A stretch of DNA of 64,000 nucleotides from Chrysemys picta bellii. Taxonomy: Eukaryota. The number at the start of each line of letters is the position of its first letter. Position 1 is the first letter of the stretch. A program made the position numbers and the translations under genes. Below, piece by piece: positions 35,598 through 48,590 of this stretch. The stretch is from assembly GCF_011386835.1 (NCBI RefSeq), contig NC_088796.1, positions 84,320,001 through 84,384,000 on the forward strand, read 5' to 3'. The notes below the pieces were generated by a model. That model made no database searches, was not told where the DNA came from, and saw nothing but the letters and a program-made list of their open reading frames with translations.

Positions 35598-36232
35598 TGT
35601 CACAGGGTCCACTTACTGCTAGTGCACTTCCTCCTGGCTGCTCTGGGGATTAGTTCCTTCCAGGTCCAAACCCTCTACCCCATCTGCTGCTCATTTGCAC
35701 GCCCTTGCTTTCACTGTGATTCAGGGCGCTCTCTTCTGGCTTGGCCCTCCAACCAGGTCACTGCAGTCCTCCCCTTTTGGGGGTATCAAAGTCTCTCCAT
35801 CCAAAATGTCAGTCTTCCTTTCACTGGCCAGACCCGGCTGCTTCTCCAGTCGTGATAGGGGAACCCGGACCTACCCTCTACTCCAGATTTCCATGCAGGG
35901 AACCTATGTCTAGCAATGGCAGCCTGCTTTCTCCCAGACCCTGTTGCTATTTTCCTGGACTCCTTCCTATGTCTTCTGGCTCCCAACATTCTGGGTTTAT
36001 CAGCCTGAACTCCTTCCTCCCAGGGAGTAACTGAAGACTTCTTTACTCCATAGCCCCAAACACTCCTCCCTTCTCCCAGGGAGGGACTGCAGACTACTTC
36101 CCTTGCAGCCTTTTTCTGCTGCCATCTTGGCTTTCTACCAGCCCCACCTGTTCCATTTCAGCCAAGCTCCAGCATTTGTCTTTCCCCATTGGTGCAGTCC
36201 ATCAGGTTAATTAACGTGGACACCCCATCACA
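35598..36232. mobile_element. Possible solo LTR
   Basis: TGTCAC...ATCACA termini enclose a C-rich LTR-like body. No TSD found. Confidence 0.35.
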
Positions 36233-37254
36233 TATGGAGTGAATTATACTATTATACCAATTATGCTATTGATCTGAGTGAATTCTTGGCAGGCACAGAA
36301 TTAATACACCTGGGAAACAGTGCAAGACCCAGAGAATAGATGAACAATCTCATGTTGGTGGGACTCTCCACAGAGATAAAGAAATTTTTGAACCAGTTAC
36401 TGAAAACACTATTCCTCGATGCAATGCACAATAACATACCACGAGCAAAAGTAACTGTATGCTTCCCCTAGAAGTGAATTTGGTCAGCTGCTGCCATCCT
36501 TTCCCTAGAGTCAGGCATGTTCTTTGGGTTCCTGATTCTGTCCTTTGTTTTGAACCTTTTAGGCTACAGGCAGGAAGCTTTTGTGGCAGATTTCTTGCTT
36601 ATCAAGCAATGGCAGCTTATGACTTTTTTGACAGATGAAGTACAAAATCATAAGATATGTATTTTCATACCTGTCCAATCTATAATTTAATAGCTATTAA
36701 AAGCTTACCTTCTTTATGGTGAAGAAACAGCTGGCTGACCCAGGAGCTGGAACTGCCACTGGGCTTGGCAGGGGCTCCTCATGCATACGCACGCATACAC
36801 TTACCCCTTGGGGAAGGGAGACTGGAGAGGTGCAGGGCCTTTGCAAACCTGGCCTAACTTCTACAATCCTGCTGTGGCCTCCCCAAGCAGGGATTACTAC
36901 AGCAACGTTCTTATAAAGTGGCTCCTGGGTGTGGTAAATTGCCATGGTAACAAAGCAGCTTCTTGAGGCACTATTAGCTATCCCAAGATTTGAGCCTCAT
37001 GCAGCACTACATTCTTCAAACTTTCTGGCATTGTGTTTTGCTACTGGAGGGAGTTGTGATATTTAAATCAAATCACAATTTGTCTTTAAATCTGTGTCTA
37101 TCAATGCAATAAAAATATACAAAATGTACTTTGTAGCTTTTGGGAATTCTTTGTTAGAGTTTGCCTCACATGCCTGGGCTGATGAGCAGTAATATTTAAC
37201 TCTTTAGCATTTTCCCTCCATATATCTCAAGAGCACTTTAAAAAAAAATAAGCC

Positions 37255-37378
37255 ATTATTCTCATTTTACAGAGAAGGAAATGAAAGTGACTTGCCCAGT
37301 GTCACACAGCAAACCAATGGCAGAGATGGGAATAGGACCCCTTTCCTAGTCCAGTGCCCTGTCCACTGGGCCATGCTG
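37255..37378 (-). mobile_element. MIR-like SINE fragment
   Basis: ATTATTCTCATTTTACAGA...AAGTGACTTGCCCAGTGTCACACAGC...GGCAGAGATGGGAATAG. Confidence 0.65.
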
Positions 37379-37977
37379 ACTCCCAAACAAGGGGAGCCTC
37401 AGCAGAGAATTGCTGCAGCTTTCTCTGGACATCACAGGTCACATGATGTACTCATATTTTACAAGTATTTCCTTAACATGATGTTTATAACAATGATTTT
37501 TTTTAAAAAGTTCTCCTTATTTTTTAATTGATCAAACTTGTGAAGAGATTTAAAAATGTAAATTGATTCACATTTTCAGAGGATTAAAAAAATACCCAGG
37601 GAAGAGTCAAATCATCAAAACACAGTGAAATCCACTCAAATGCCAAACTTAACAGACATGCATACGTTACAAAAAACTTCCTATCACAAGTGGCAACTTC
37701 ATTGGAGAGTAGGAATAGAATGGGCACAAAGAATTATTCTCATGTCCCAGGAAGATGGGTCCACAGGTTAGCTCAAGGTGAGTACACCTTCATCTTTGGT
37801 TAGTGAATCTAATGGAATAACATCAAATGCCGAGTCAACTTCTACTTTTTTGGTAGGTTAACAAACCTAGTGAATAAAAAAGCGACAGCCATTTAAGGCA
37901 TCTGATACAACACTATAGGGCAGTCTCACAAGCAAACTTAAGTGAGATAATAGGAACACACATTAAAAAAGTTCTGA

Positions 37978-38205
37978 GGGCTTGTCTACACAGAGTTGTA
38001 CTGGTTTACACTTAAAATGTGGTATTAAATTACTGTAAAAGGCTGTGTGATACTCTTATTTCATTTGAGTGGCTTCTTTTGGTTTAGATTAAGTCAACGT
38101 GGAACAGGTTTAAGGAAGCAAAGTAAGTGTTCACACAAAGGTTTGCACTTGTTTAACTAAATCGCTTTTAATAAAACCAGTTGAAGTTTGGGTATAGAGA
38201 ATGCC
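37978..38205. mobile_element. Old PIF/Harbinger-type MITE
   Basis: Left terminus GGGCTTGTCTACAC, degenerate right terminus GTATAGAGAATGCC, TGA/TAA flanks. Same terminal family as 51803-51977. Confidence 0.5.
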
Positions 38206-38224
38206 TAAGTAATTATTAGTGTCA

Positions 38225-38900
38225 AGTTGAATGGAGATGTTCCCTGAGGTCTTACAGGGGTCAGGTCTTAGATATAATTAATGACTTGATGGGTAGAGTA
38301 CAGAGTATGCCAAATTATATATATGCTTCTGTGCATTTGTTTATCTGTGAGAGATTGTTTTGTCGAAGATTTAAAATATTTAAACCAGAACAATGGATTG
38401 AAATCAATACAATGAAATTAAAAAATGTAGCAAAATTTCACATGTGGTAGGGAAGAATTATCAATTGTATCAAAATGGAATAGGAGATATTAACTAGACA
38501 TCAGCTTATTTTGGCACTGGTTAGTGCCAAAATGATATTTTGATATTGATATATGATATTTGGATTGTTTCTATACTCCAAATTTGGAAGAGAAATTAAT
38601 GCGAATTCAGAGAGAGCAGCAATACTAATAAAATGATGAGAACAGAATTTAAAGAAAGCTTACAGGAGTGGCAATGTCAATCTGAAGAAAAGTAACAGGG
38701 AAAACAACTCTTTACAAATATAAATGAGACGTTAGAATAGACATTCATTCTTATTTAGTCAGCCACATCAAATTGCAGTTAGGAGCATCAGCAAGGAAAA
38801 CAAATAGAATTGACAGTGTGTCATGCCCAGTAAGATTGCAGAATCACCATCACTGGAGAGAAGGCTGAATTAGACACATCTGTTAGATATGGCTGAAGAA
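38225..38900 (+). mobile_element. Highly decayed CR1 LINE fragments
   Basis: Remnants of the GVPQGSVLG..INDL region (GATGTTCCCTGAGG...CAGGGGTCAGG...ATTAATGACTTG) and of downstream ORF2 blocks. Confidence 0.5.
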
Positions 38901-39844
38901 TTGAAATCTATCCTTCGACAATAGAGGAGGATGAAAAAAAAATCACTTGTTATTTCCTCAATTCCAAATGATTCATCATTCCTCCTCAAATTAGAGAGAG
39001 GCCATAAGGGGGAAACAGCACAAAACTTAGCAACAACCAGCTACTCCAATTCACTCCTCGCAAGCAACAATGGATTACCTGGTGTTTTTGCTGAAGTAAT
39101 CAGTAAGGTAAATGTTAACAAGGATGCCATTAAAATGGCTATTAGGCTTCAAAGTAAACACCTCAGAGCTAAACAGGAACAAATTATTCCTTTCTGAGAT
39201 ATTGTTTTAGAAGTTTGCAGACACATGAAGATAACATTGCATTGGTTTAAAGCCAGTTCATACTTGGAAGGCTATCCTTCCATTCATAAGAGGTCTAAAA
39301 AAACCTTTAGCTACAGTTAAACAGTTTTAGCTTCTGCAGTCAGAGAATACATATAGCCCTACACAATACAAATGACTGTTTACGGCTGTGATATCTGTAT
39401 CTTCAGTGTTTACACATTAAACAACTATTTGCTTGCTTTATGTATATTGCTCTCAGATGGATTAACACGTCTGCCTTCCTGAGTATCATTCTCTCCCTCC
39501 AAAAAGTTTTAAATCAGTTGTGAAAGGATGGTTGAAGGAACCTAGTACCATGAAGAGCGTTAACATTTCTGAGGAGGTGGCAGAGGGGAAGATACACAAC
39601 CCCCCAGGAACTCCTGTAACTATCCACTGTGGAAGCAATTAAGCAGTTTGTTGAATGTGATGAAAAAGGTAGAGTATCAAAGACACTGTATTTTAGTCCT
39701 GTAACTGGCTGCCTGATTATAACTATAATCCAGGGATTTGAACTGGTTGCAATGGAACAGATAGTAAACATTAAAATAAGTCAATTACTTAAAGTAACCA
39801 CTCAGACTTATTTCTCATGCAGCATAATCCAGTCGATCGAGCAC

Positions 39845-39945
39845 AGGATGGAATCAGAAGGATCACGGTTCAATTCCCAGTGTTGCAGCTAATTTGCTGT
39901 GTGACCGTGGGCTGGCCTCTTAATAAAAATTTTCTCAGCTTGGTA
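39845..39945 (+). mobile_element. MIR-like SINE fragment
   Basis: GAGCACAGGA...GGTTCAATTCCCAG...TGCTGTGTGACCGTGGGC. Confidence 0.55.
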
Positions 39946-40259
39946 TGAAACGTTCATCCTTTTTAAAATCAAGCCACATATTTGGATGCCCAAAGAGCTG
40001 AGTACCCAATAGTCTTCACTGACTTCAACAGGCATTCCTGTATGCTTAGCACATTTGAAAAACATCAGACCACTTATTTTAGGTGTCTAAAGATGGGCTT
40101 ATGAGCTTACCTTTAGGCACCCTATTTTTAAAAAATATTGTCTTCACGTATACAGTGGGAATAATACTTACCCATCTTCATAAAGCTGAGGTGAAATATA
40201 TTATGCCTATAATTGAAGCAGTTTCAAACCTCCAATTTTCAGTCTTTTGTTGTTGTGAG

Positions 40260-43200
40260 TGAAATAAAAATTCAAGTTTTATTTTGTTATTTAATTATGA
40301 ATGTTGATTCAAAGCAGGCATGGATGTACGTGTCTACATATTGACAAATGCTTCTGGAGTTCACAATTTCTGAGTCACTGCTTTTAAGAGTGCAAACTAT
40401 AATGTGCACTGAAAATACATTAATTTACAGGCTCTTCACATATGTGCAGAATTCCCTTACGCAATTTTTTGTTGCATTTTGAGAAAGTAAATTTAAGCAC
40501 TATGCTTCACCTTAATCAGATTTCATCCACTTTAAATGCCATCTTATCAACATTCATACCTACTTGGCAAAAGAAGGAATAAAGATTTGTCTTAGCAAGC
40601 AAAGATGTTTCAAATGGCAAATTATTATACCAGGATAAATGGCTCAATGTTAAAATAATAAGTCCTTTTTTAATTATAAAACTGAAGAAACTGCTTCTTC
40701 ACAATTTTAGAACACACCACTACATTTTGCTCGTGAGAACAAAATTTACAGTCATAAGTTGCACATAAAGGGTTTATTTTAAATGTTTTAAGGATAGAGT
40801 TACATCATAATTATAAAAATTACTTACAGAATTAAGTAACAGATTTAAAGTGTTTATACTTCTAAATGCAGAGAACAGGGAACTGTCTACATTGTTCAAA
40901 ATAAAATAAAAATAATGAAACCAAGCTCTAAAGATGAAGTCATTACCTAATTTTAAAATGTGAACACGAAGACCTTTGAACTATACACATACCAAGAACC
41001 ATCCAAATTGCACTAATGATGTAAAATACAAAAAGCACAGCATTTTAAAGGAACCAGAAACTGTTTTAGCTGTAATTCACCTTCCCTGAATTGATTGTAA
41101 TTGCTGCTGTCCTCAAAGAAACCTTCAGTTTTAAAATGAATCAATTAAAAAAAGACTTTTATGTATTGCAATTTATGAAGTTTAAAAGGGTTTTCCCCAA
41201 TGTATTTAGGTCTTTATGTATTCTACTCCAACTTAATTTAGGGTTTGGCACTCAAAAGAAAAAAAGTTGTGGTGTTTTAGATTCAGCTGTGATTTTATTT
41301 ACTAGTGAACAGAATACATGGTCCCTTCAAATGCTGTGACACATACAACTGGAAAATTACCTTCTGTTGGCACTATGCTCGCCTCACCAGTGCATTTAGT
41401 CCTACTAACAACCATTAAAACAGCACAATAAGCAAATTCACAAAAACTGAACACAAAATAAAAACAAAAACAAAAAACCTAAACATTTTAACATGCAACT
41501 TTAGTTTGTTACATTGAACATTCTACCTTCTAAGCATGCAAAAAAGGATGGTCTGCATTTAAGATTTTTTTTTCCTTTTTAAAATTTTACATGGCAGCCT
41601 GACATCATACACACACACACATACGCACACACACACAATATACAACAATACTACAGCAGGTAAATGAGAAAGGCCAATAACTTTTATACACAGATCCTGG
41701 CTTGTGCTGTGACAAGCCCCATGATAATTTTGGAAAGTAATGTTGAACCCCTAGAACAAGGAACCAACATTTAGTTACCAGGGTAACGCAAGCACTGCAT
41801 GCAGATCTGAAACATGAGCCTAAAACAAAGCCCAAAGCAGAAGGGCAGGAAGTGGAATTAGTTTCAAGCCTCAAAAAAGGTGGTTTAAACTATCAAAAAA
41901 GAAAAAAGAAAAAGAAAATCCCAAACCAAAAAACAAAACCAAAAACCAACAAAGCAACAGACAACAGGGGACACTTAAAAGGCCGTAAAAATTTACAGAT
42001 TATACTCCACTAATTGGTAGATTATGTGGTATAGTAAAGTGGCTTGCAGAAAACCCACAAATGCAAGCCTTTAATGCTAAAAATGTTTCAGTAGACCTGA
42101 ACTTCAAATATTTCAAAACAAACCTTGTTTTCCTCAGATGTATAGCCCAAAATTCACTGTACTACGTTATGCACGTATCCTGTGTATAATCAATACACTC
42201 ACTCATTCTTGTGCCACAAATATCAACTTGGGCTCATGGAGCCAGGCTCAGCTTTGAGATTTACATGCAGGACTCTTAAGAGTCAATAGAAAACACATAA
42301 CAGATCTGCAGGATGAAAACACTGTGTTGCAAATCTGCTCACTTTGTTCAAAAACACAAGGAACATTTATGATTCAGGTACTTAGTACTTAAGGACTGCA
42401 TTGAGAAGCTATTAACTGAAAGACAATAGCCTGCCTTTGGTCGCCCATGATGAAATACTGGACATAATGCAATAGTAGCAATGGACAAAGAATTAAGGTA
42501 CTGTATTTATATGGTGAGTATTTGTTACCATTCAACAGCATAATGAGGCACAAGCCTTAAGGCTAAAATATGAAGTCAGGCAAAAATGGATAGAAAGGGG
42601 CTTAAACCACTGAATCTTCAATGTCAAGAACATCCATAATAGAGGTCATCTGGGCCTCAGATCTCTGATTAACAGCACCTTTTTTTAGCCTTCTGTGCAA
42701 GGTTGGGATCTGGGTGTTCCTCCCCTCAACAGCAATAACTGGCTTCACATACTAGCCATCTGTGAAGCAGTGCTTTCAAACTTGCAAAGCTCTGCCTTAA
42801 TATGACATGACAATTTTGTTGCTGAACTGACCATTTTTGCAATTCTGATTACTTTTAAAAACTGCCACACTTAAAAAACTACTTTGGGTTACAACTATCC
42901 TGCAAGATTAAAACTGTGAAAGGATCTGCTGCTGTGGGCTGCTATTTACATCCACAATCTAATGCAGATGACCGAACCACTGAGGCTGCCTATAGCTTTC
43001 ATTAGTTAGTACACCACTGGCATGCAGAACTCTAGTGTTCATTGAATGAAATTCACGTAACAGCATACCTCAAAGCGAGTACAATGTACACCACAAAAGG
43101 CGACAACAGGTTTAAGCTGTAGATGCTTTGTCCGGACACTCGTAGAAAAGCCAGAAAGAAGAGCTAAGAAAGATGTTTTCTCAGGGGGAAAATAATAAAA

Positions 43201-44278
43201 TAAAAAAAAAGGAATGCAGCAGAAGGCAACAAATGCTTCTCCTTCTCTAAAATAAGTCTTTAATGTAAGAGGACTGTTCTTTCATGAGGTTTTTGTCTTT
43301 ACATGTAACAGATAAACTATTAGGCTTTTAAGTCCACACACAAACATCCAGGTTGCTAATTTTGAAATTAAATGAGAGACTACTGATTGCCAATGTGTAG
43401 TCTAAAGATCTTTCTGAAGTAACATATAATGTTATGACTGTTGTGGCACCAAGCACTTGGGTTTGTTAAGAAGTGTGTATAACAAAAATACAACATTTAG
43501 AATAGAAGGCAGCCTTGTTTTGTGTAGTTTTACTGGTTCCTTCAACTTGTAAATGTGGGTCTGCATTTTCGAATCAACAGTTTATATAGTTGATTAAACC
43601 TTTTATAGTTTAAAGCCTTTTCACTGAAAGGTGCAAGTCAAACACTTGATGTTGTACTGCCTTGCGTCTACGAAGATGCACGAATATTCCCATGTACTGC
43701 TAATTCTTAAAAAGCTACTTTGAAATAAGGTGTAGAAACACAGTAGATTGATGTTACTTGGGTTAGGCACTCCTTAAACACTGCACAAACCAACCATTTA
43801 CTTTTTTTGAAATCATCTCAGCCCCAACCCTGAAAACAAGGACTGCCAGTAGCCAAGAAATTAAATTTAATGTTACATAAGAAGGCAATATTGAAAATAT
43901 CAAACTACACTTGCATGTGGCAGTTGAACAGGTGAGTGCGAGGTTGAAGAAAAAGTTAAAGGCTATGAAAATTTTTTTAGATTAATGATTACAATACTAG
44001 ATCAACTTTACACAGCTTGGATTTGCAGCTGTTTACTTTAACTCCCTCTCCCCAAAAATATAGTGACTTCCTTCAAGAAAAGGAGTTCCCTTACACAAAA
44101 TGTGTCATGTTCACACAAATTTGTTTGTATTATTCAGAACAAAACAGTTTTGTTGGCAGAGATTGTGGGTTCGCAGGGACATTTAAGCTTTCATTAAACT
44201 GGAAAGCAGTCAAGTCTTTGTGTCTACAAATTTTACATTTAATAGTTCCACAAGTTTGGCAAAAGTTCACGATGATGT
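40260..44278 (-). other. SPIN1: Probable long 3' UTR of SPIN1
   Basis: ~4 kb after the stop with no transposon I can recognise, and U-rich on the minus strand. AATAAA hexamers at 41294-41299, 40773-40778 and 40278-40283. Mammalian SPIN1 mRNAs have long 3' UTRs. The distal end is inferred. Confidence 0.6.
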
Positions 44279-44506
<228 letters not shown>

Positions 44507-46552
44507 TTAGGAGTTTAAGGATTTTCAACCTACATAACAACTGCAGAGACCTCTTCAGAATGTATAAAAATATCAGGAGTCGTGAGTAGAGATGAATTAC
44601 AATGTTTGAGAAGAACATTTTAGAAGTTGTTGTCTATTCAGTCAAACAGGGTTCATCAGTTCCACAATTTACCATTACAGGAAAAAATGTACTTGGGTAA
44701 AATTCTGGTTGCAGTGTTAAGAAACTGAAATCTTATACTAGCCTTCTAGACTTCCTGCATCCATTAGCTCTTATGTAGTCACATGCACATAAAGCAAAGT
44801 AACAAATGAGGAAGTTCTTTGAGATGTGTGGTCCCTGTCTGTATTCCACTGTGGGTTATGCATGCAGACCATGTGTCTGGAGCTAGAGATTTTGAAACTA
44901 GTATCTGTGTATGTGCCCTGGCTCACCTCTATAGTTCCTTCTCTACCATGAATCAGATAAGATCTGAAGCAGAGGGTGGGAAGTGCATTACAGATAGGGA
45001 CCACACATCTTAAAGACCCTCCAGTTACAGGTAAGTCACCTCCTTTTCTTATTCGAGTGATGGTCCCTATTGTAGTCCACTATGAGTGATTGACAAATAG
45101 TATCTAAACAGGAGGAGGGTGCGAGGATGTGGCCGATGGGGCTGAGCAGACTACCATTGTTTCACAGGAGGCATCAGCAGAACAATCCTGTACCAGGGAA
45201 TAATCTCTTGCAAAAGGTTGAATGGAACTCCACATAGCTGCTTTACAAGTGTCCAGGAGGGTACCTCCTGAAGAGATGCTACCTGCTGTTGCTTGCGCTC
45301 TGGTGGAATGAGCTCTTAGCCCCAGCGTGAAGGGGGAGGGGTTTGAGAGCTGATAGAGTAGAATGCAGCCATATACCCATTTGGATATTCTCTGGGTGGA
45401 GGTGGCCTGCCCTCTGACTGTTGTTGATACAGAGACAAAATAGTCACAGGGATTTCCTGATTGATTTTGTTCTATGCAGGTAGAAAGCCAAGGCTCATCG
45501 AACATCGAGGGAGTGGAATCTGCGGAAGTGTGTGGTTTTGGGAAGAACACAGCTAAGTGAATGGATTGGTTAAGGTCAAATTCCAAAACTACTTTAGGGA
45601 TAAATTTGGGGTGTAGATGTAAGAAAACCTTAACCTTATGGAATACAGTGTATGGAGGGTCAGCCATCATTACTCCAAATTTCCCAATGTTTCTTGCTGA
45701 TGTGATGGCTACATGAAAGGGGACATTCATGGAAAGGAAGGACATGGAGCAAGCAGCTAAAGGTTCAAAGGGGAGTCTTGTTAGCACTGAGAGAATGAGA
45801 TTCAGGTTCCACTGGGATGCAAGCTTCTGAGTAGGCAGGAAGGTTCTTACTAAGCCTTTCCAGAATCTATTAGGCAGTGGGTGTGCGAAACCTCAGTAGT
45901 CTTGAGAAGGTGAATGGTATGTACTGATTGCTGCCAAGTGGACTCATAAGGAGCTGATGCAAGGAGCCATGACTCCCTGCACATGACAATAGCAGTTGCC
46001 ATAACTCTAGAAGAGATATCAGTGGCACTGACTGCAGATTGGAGGGTGGTCCTGGCTATCAGTTTGCTTTCATCCATCAAAGCTAGGAAATGAGCTCTGT
46101 CAGTAAACTTCACAAACTTGCCATAGTTCAGGGAATTGTATTTAGCCAGCAATGCCTGGTAATTGGCTATTCTGCACTGGAGGCTGGATGATGAGAAGAA
46201 CTTTCTTCCCAGTAGATCCAGGTGTATATCCTCCTTGTCTGCAGGAGTAGACCTGGCATGTTGTTGTCTGGTCCTTTCAGAGATGGCATGGACCAACAAC
46301 GAATTAGGAGCTGTGTGAGACAACAAAAATTCTTCACCCTTAACTGGCACATAACAATGCTTCTCTGCCCCTTTGAGGGTAGGAGCACAGGTAGCAGAGG
46401 TGGCCAAACTGTACTAGCTTGTTCCAGTATAGTTTTGTTAACAGAGAGGTGCAGCATGATTAAGAGATTGCCCTGGATCTCCTCAAGGAGAACATGAAGC
46501 TCTCCAGTGACTCTGCAGAGAAGGTCCCAGAATTTTCTCTTCCTGAAGTCAT

Positions 46553-46638
46553 TGTGTGTGTGTGTGTCGGGGGGGGGGGGGGGGGGAGAGAGAGAGAGAG
46601 AGAGAGAGAATGTATGTATGTATGTATGTATGTATGTA
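46553..46638. repeat. Compound microsatellite (TG)n-(G)n-(GA)n-(ATGT)n
   Basis: Read directly from the sequence; it interrupts the DIRS ORF1 remnant. Confidence 0.95.
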
Positions 46639-46751
46639 GATGCAGAAGCCACCGCTTCATCTGGGGATGATGATGGCAGTCTTGCTGGTTCTGGTGGAAC
46701 CAACACATAGTATTCTTCCTCTTCTGTCAGATCCAGAGGTAGATCGGAGCA

Positions 46752-46886
46752 AATAGGTGCTAGAATAGGAGTGCAGGGGATGATGCTGCACCCCCTGGGT
46801 TGAAATGGTTTCTGTCATATACAAGGTTACAGTTTGATTCAATGGCTCTCAGCACCCCCATTATATAAATTGTTCCAGCACCCCTG
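46752..46886. mobile_element. Small hAT-like MITE nested in the DIRS element
   Basis: Termini ATAGGTGCTAGAA / TTCCAGCACCCCTG. Near-TSD ATCGGAGC (46743-46750) / ATTGGAGC (46887-46894), with a 1-nt boundary ambiguity. Confidence 0.55.
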
Positions 46887-48294
46887 ATTGGAGCATTCCC
46901 TTACAGAGGAGGCAAGGGGTGACTCCCTAGTAAATTGGATCGACTCTGCAGGGTGGTACTGGTCCCGAGGCCCCCAATATGGCCAGCAGGAGGGGTCAGT
47001 GAGTGGTCACAGAGGCCCCCGTGGCCTGGGGTGCCAACGGCTTTAAGTCAGATGAGGTGGGGGTTGTTCTTGAGCTTGTGTGGGTCTTTTGGGTAGGGAA
47101 GGATAAGTATGGTAAGGGATGAGCAGTTCATCAGCTGGCTCCTAATCTTCCGAGGAGAAGGCTGATTCCGATTCCAGTGGTGGTACCATTGGTGCCGTTG
47201 GAGGGGAAATGTATTCTGCATCTGGTGGGGTGGGAGTTGATCAGCTCTATCCTGCAGTGGTTTCTCTCAGAGGAGATATTCTCTCCTGGAAATTGAGGGT
47301 CCCGATAGAGGAGGGGATTCTGAATCCAGGAAAGAGAAAATATCCTGGGGGTGGCAATAGATTTGGACCTCTGTGGTATAAGGGGGACTCTGCTTGTCTG
47401 GATAATCAGAGCCAGCAAGGAGGGTGGTATCCCGCAGTGATTGGGCTTTATCAGTACTGTTTGGAAGCAACTGGGAATGATGGTACCAACAGGACACGGT
47501 CTGGAACCAATGGAGCCAAATGCTTATAAGCTTTCTTGTTGCACCTCTGGGACTTAGTATGTCCTAAGTCCTCATGGGCTGAACTAGTAGGTTTGCTTAC
47601 AGCTGCATCGGACTTCTTTGAAGTGAATTTTCAGGAAGATAGTCTCTAGCTTTCTAGCTTCCTGAAAAGGCCTCGGCATAGGGTCGGTGGGGGGAGGGGG
47701 GCGGAGAAGAGGGGGGGAGGAGTATCTCTCCTACATCAGACTTTGCAGCAGAAGGCGCACTCCTTGTGGAATCAGGCTGATGTACAGGGAGGGTTCCCCA
47801 GCCTGGGTCTGACTGGATACTGCACCTCACCACGATATGAGCTTCCTCAAGTCAGTACAGATATGAGCAGTACGACATGAGCTTCCTCAAAGCAGTACAG
47901 ATAATGTTAGTGGTCTTCACTGACCGAGAAGGATTGCAGGCAGGAAGTACAGAGTTTGAAGCCCAAGGTCCTGGGCATAGTCCAGTACCCAAATGAGGTA
48001 CAGGGGGTTACCCCCCATAGACTAATCTAATGCTAGAATTGTTAAAACTGCTTAAACTATAAACTATTAGGAGTGTTAATTATTTACAATGAGATTATTT
48101 ATTATTTATAGGAGAAAGTTGAAGCTGTGGATGCTAAAGTTGCAAGAAACTTGAGTGATTTTCTCAGGGCTTTATCCTAAACTTAACATCAAGTTTATTT
48201 AACTTAGCCTTCTTTGGTAATCGGAGTGTGGCTTTAAAAAAAAAAAAAAAAAGAAAACTAGTGTAGGTTCAGAATTCCTTCTGAATCAGACGTT

Positions 48295-48590
48295 GGGTAT
48301 GTCTATACTTACCTCCGGGTCCGGCGGTAAGCAATCGATCTTCTGGGATCGATTTATCGCATCTTGTCTAGATGCGATAAATCGATCCCAGATCGATCCC
48401 GGAAATGCTCACCGTCGACGCGGGTACTCCTGCTCCGCGAGAGGAGTACACGGAGTCGACGGGGGAGCCTGCCTGCCGCGTGTGGACCTGCGGTAAGTTC
48501 GAACTAAGATACTTCGATTTCAGCTACGTTATTCACGTAGCTGAAGTTGCGTATCTTAGTTCGAAGTTGGGGGTTAGTGTGGACCAGCCC
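48295..48590. mobile_element. Young PIF/Harbinger-type MITE with perfect internal hairpins
   Basis: Termini GGGTATGTCTATACT / AGTGTGGACCAGCCC. CpG-rich. 22-bp perfect stem at 48343-48391 and nested stems at 48498-48565. TSD is not exact. Confidence 0.75.

Larger units (their letters stand above)
44810..48110 (-). mobile_element. DIRS-type tyrosine-recombinase retrotransposon, internally deleted and decayed
   Basis: YR remnant at 45104-45787 (VAITSAR...PKFIPKV...RAHSTRAQA). ORF1 remnants at 45850-46407 (LDLLGRK...IANYQALL) and from ATG 47978 (MPRTLGFKLCTSC). Inverted terminal/ICR motifs at ~44814-44850, ~44985-45015 and ~45052-45085. No RT found. Confidence 0.85.
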
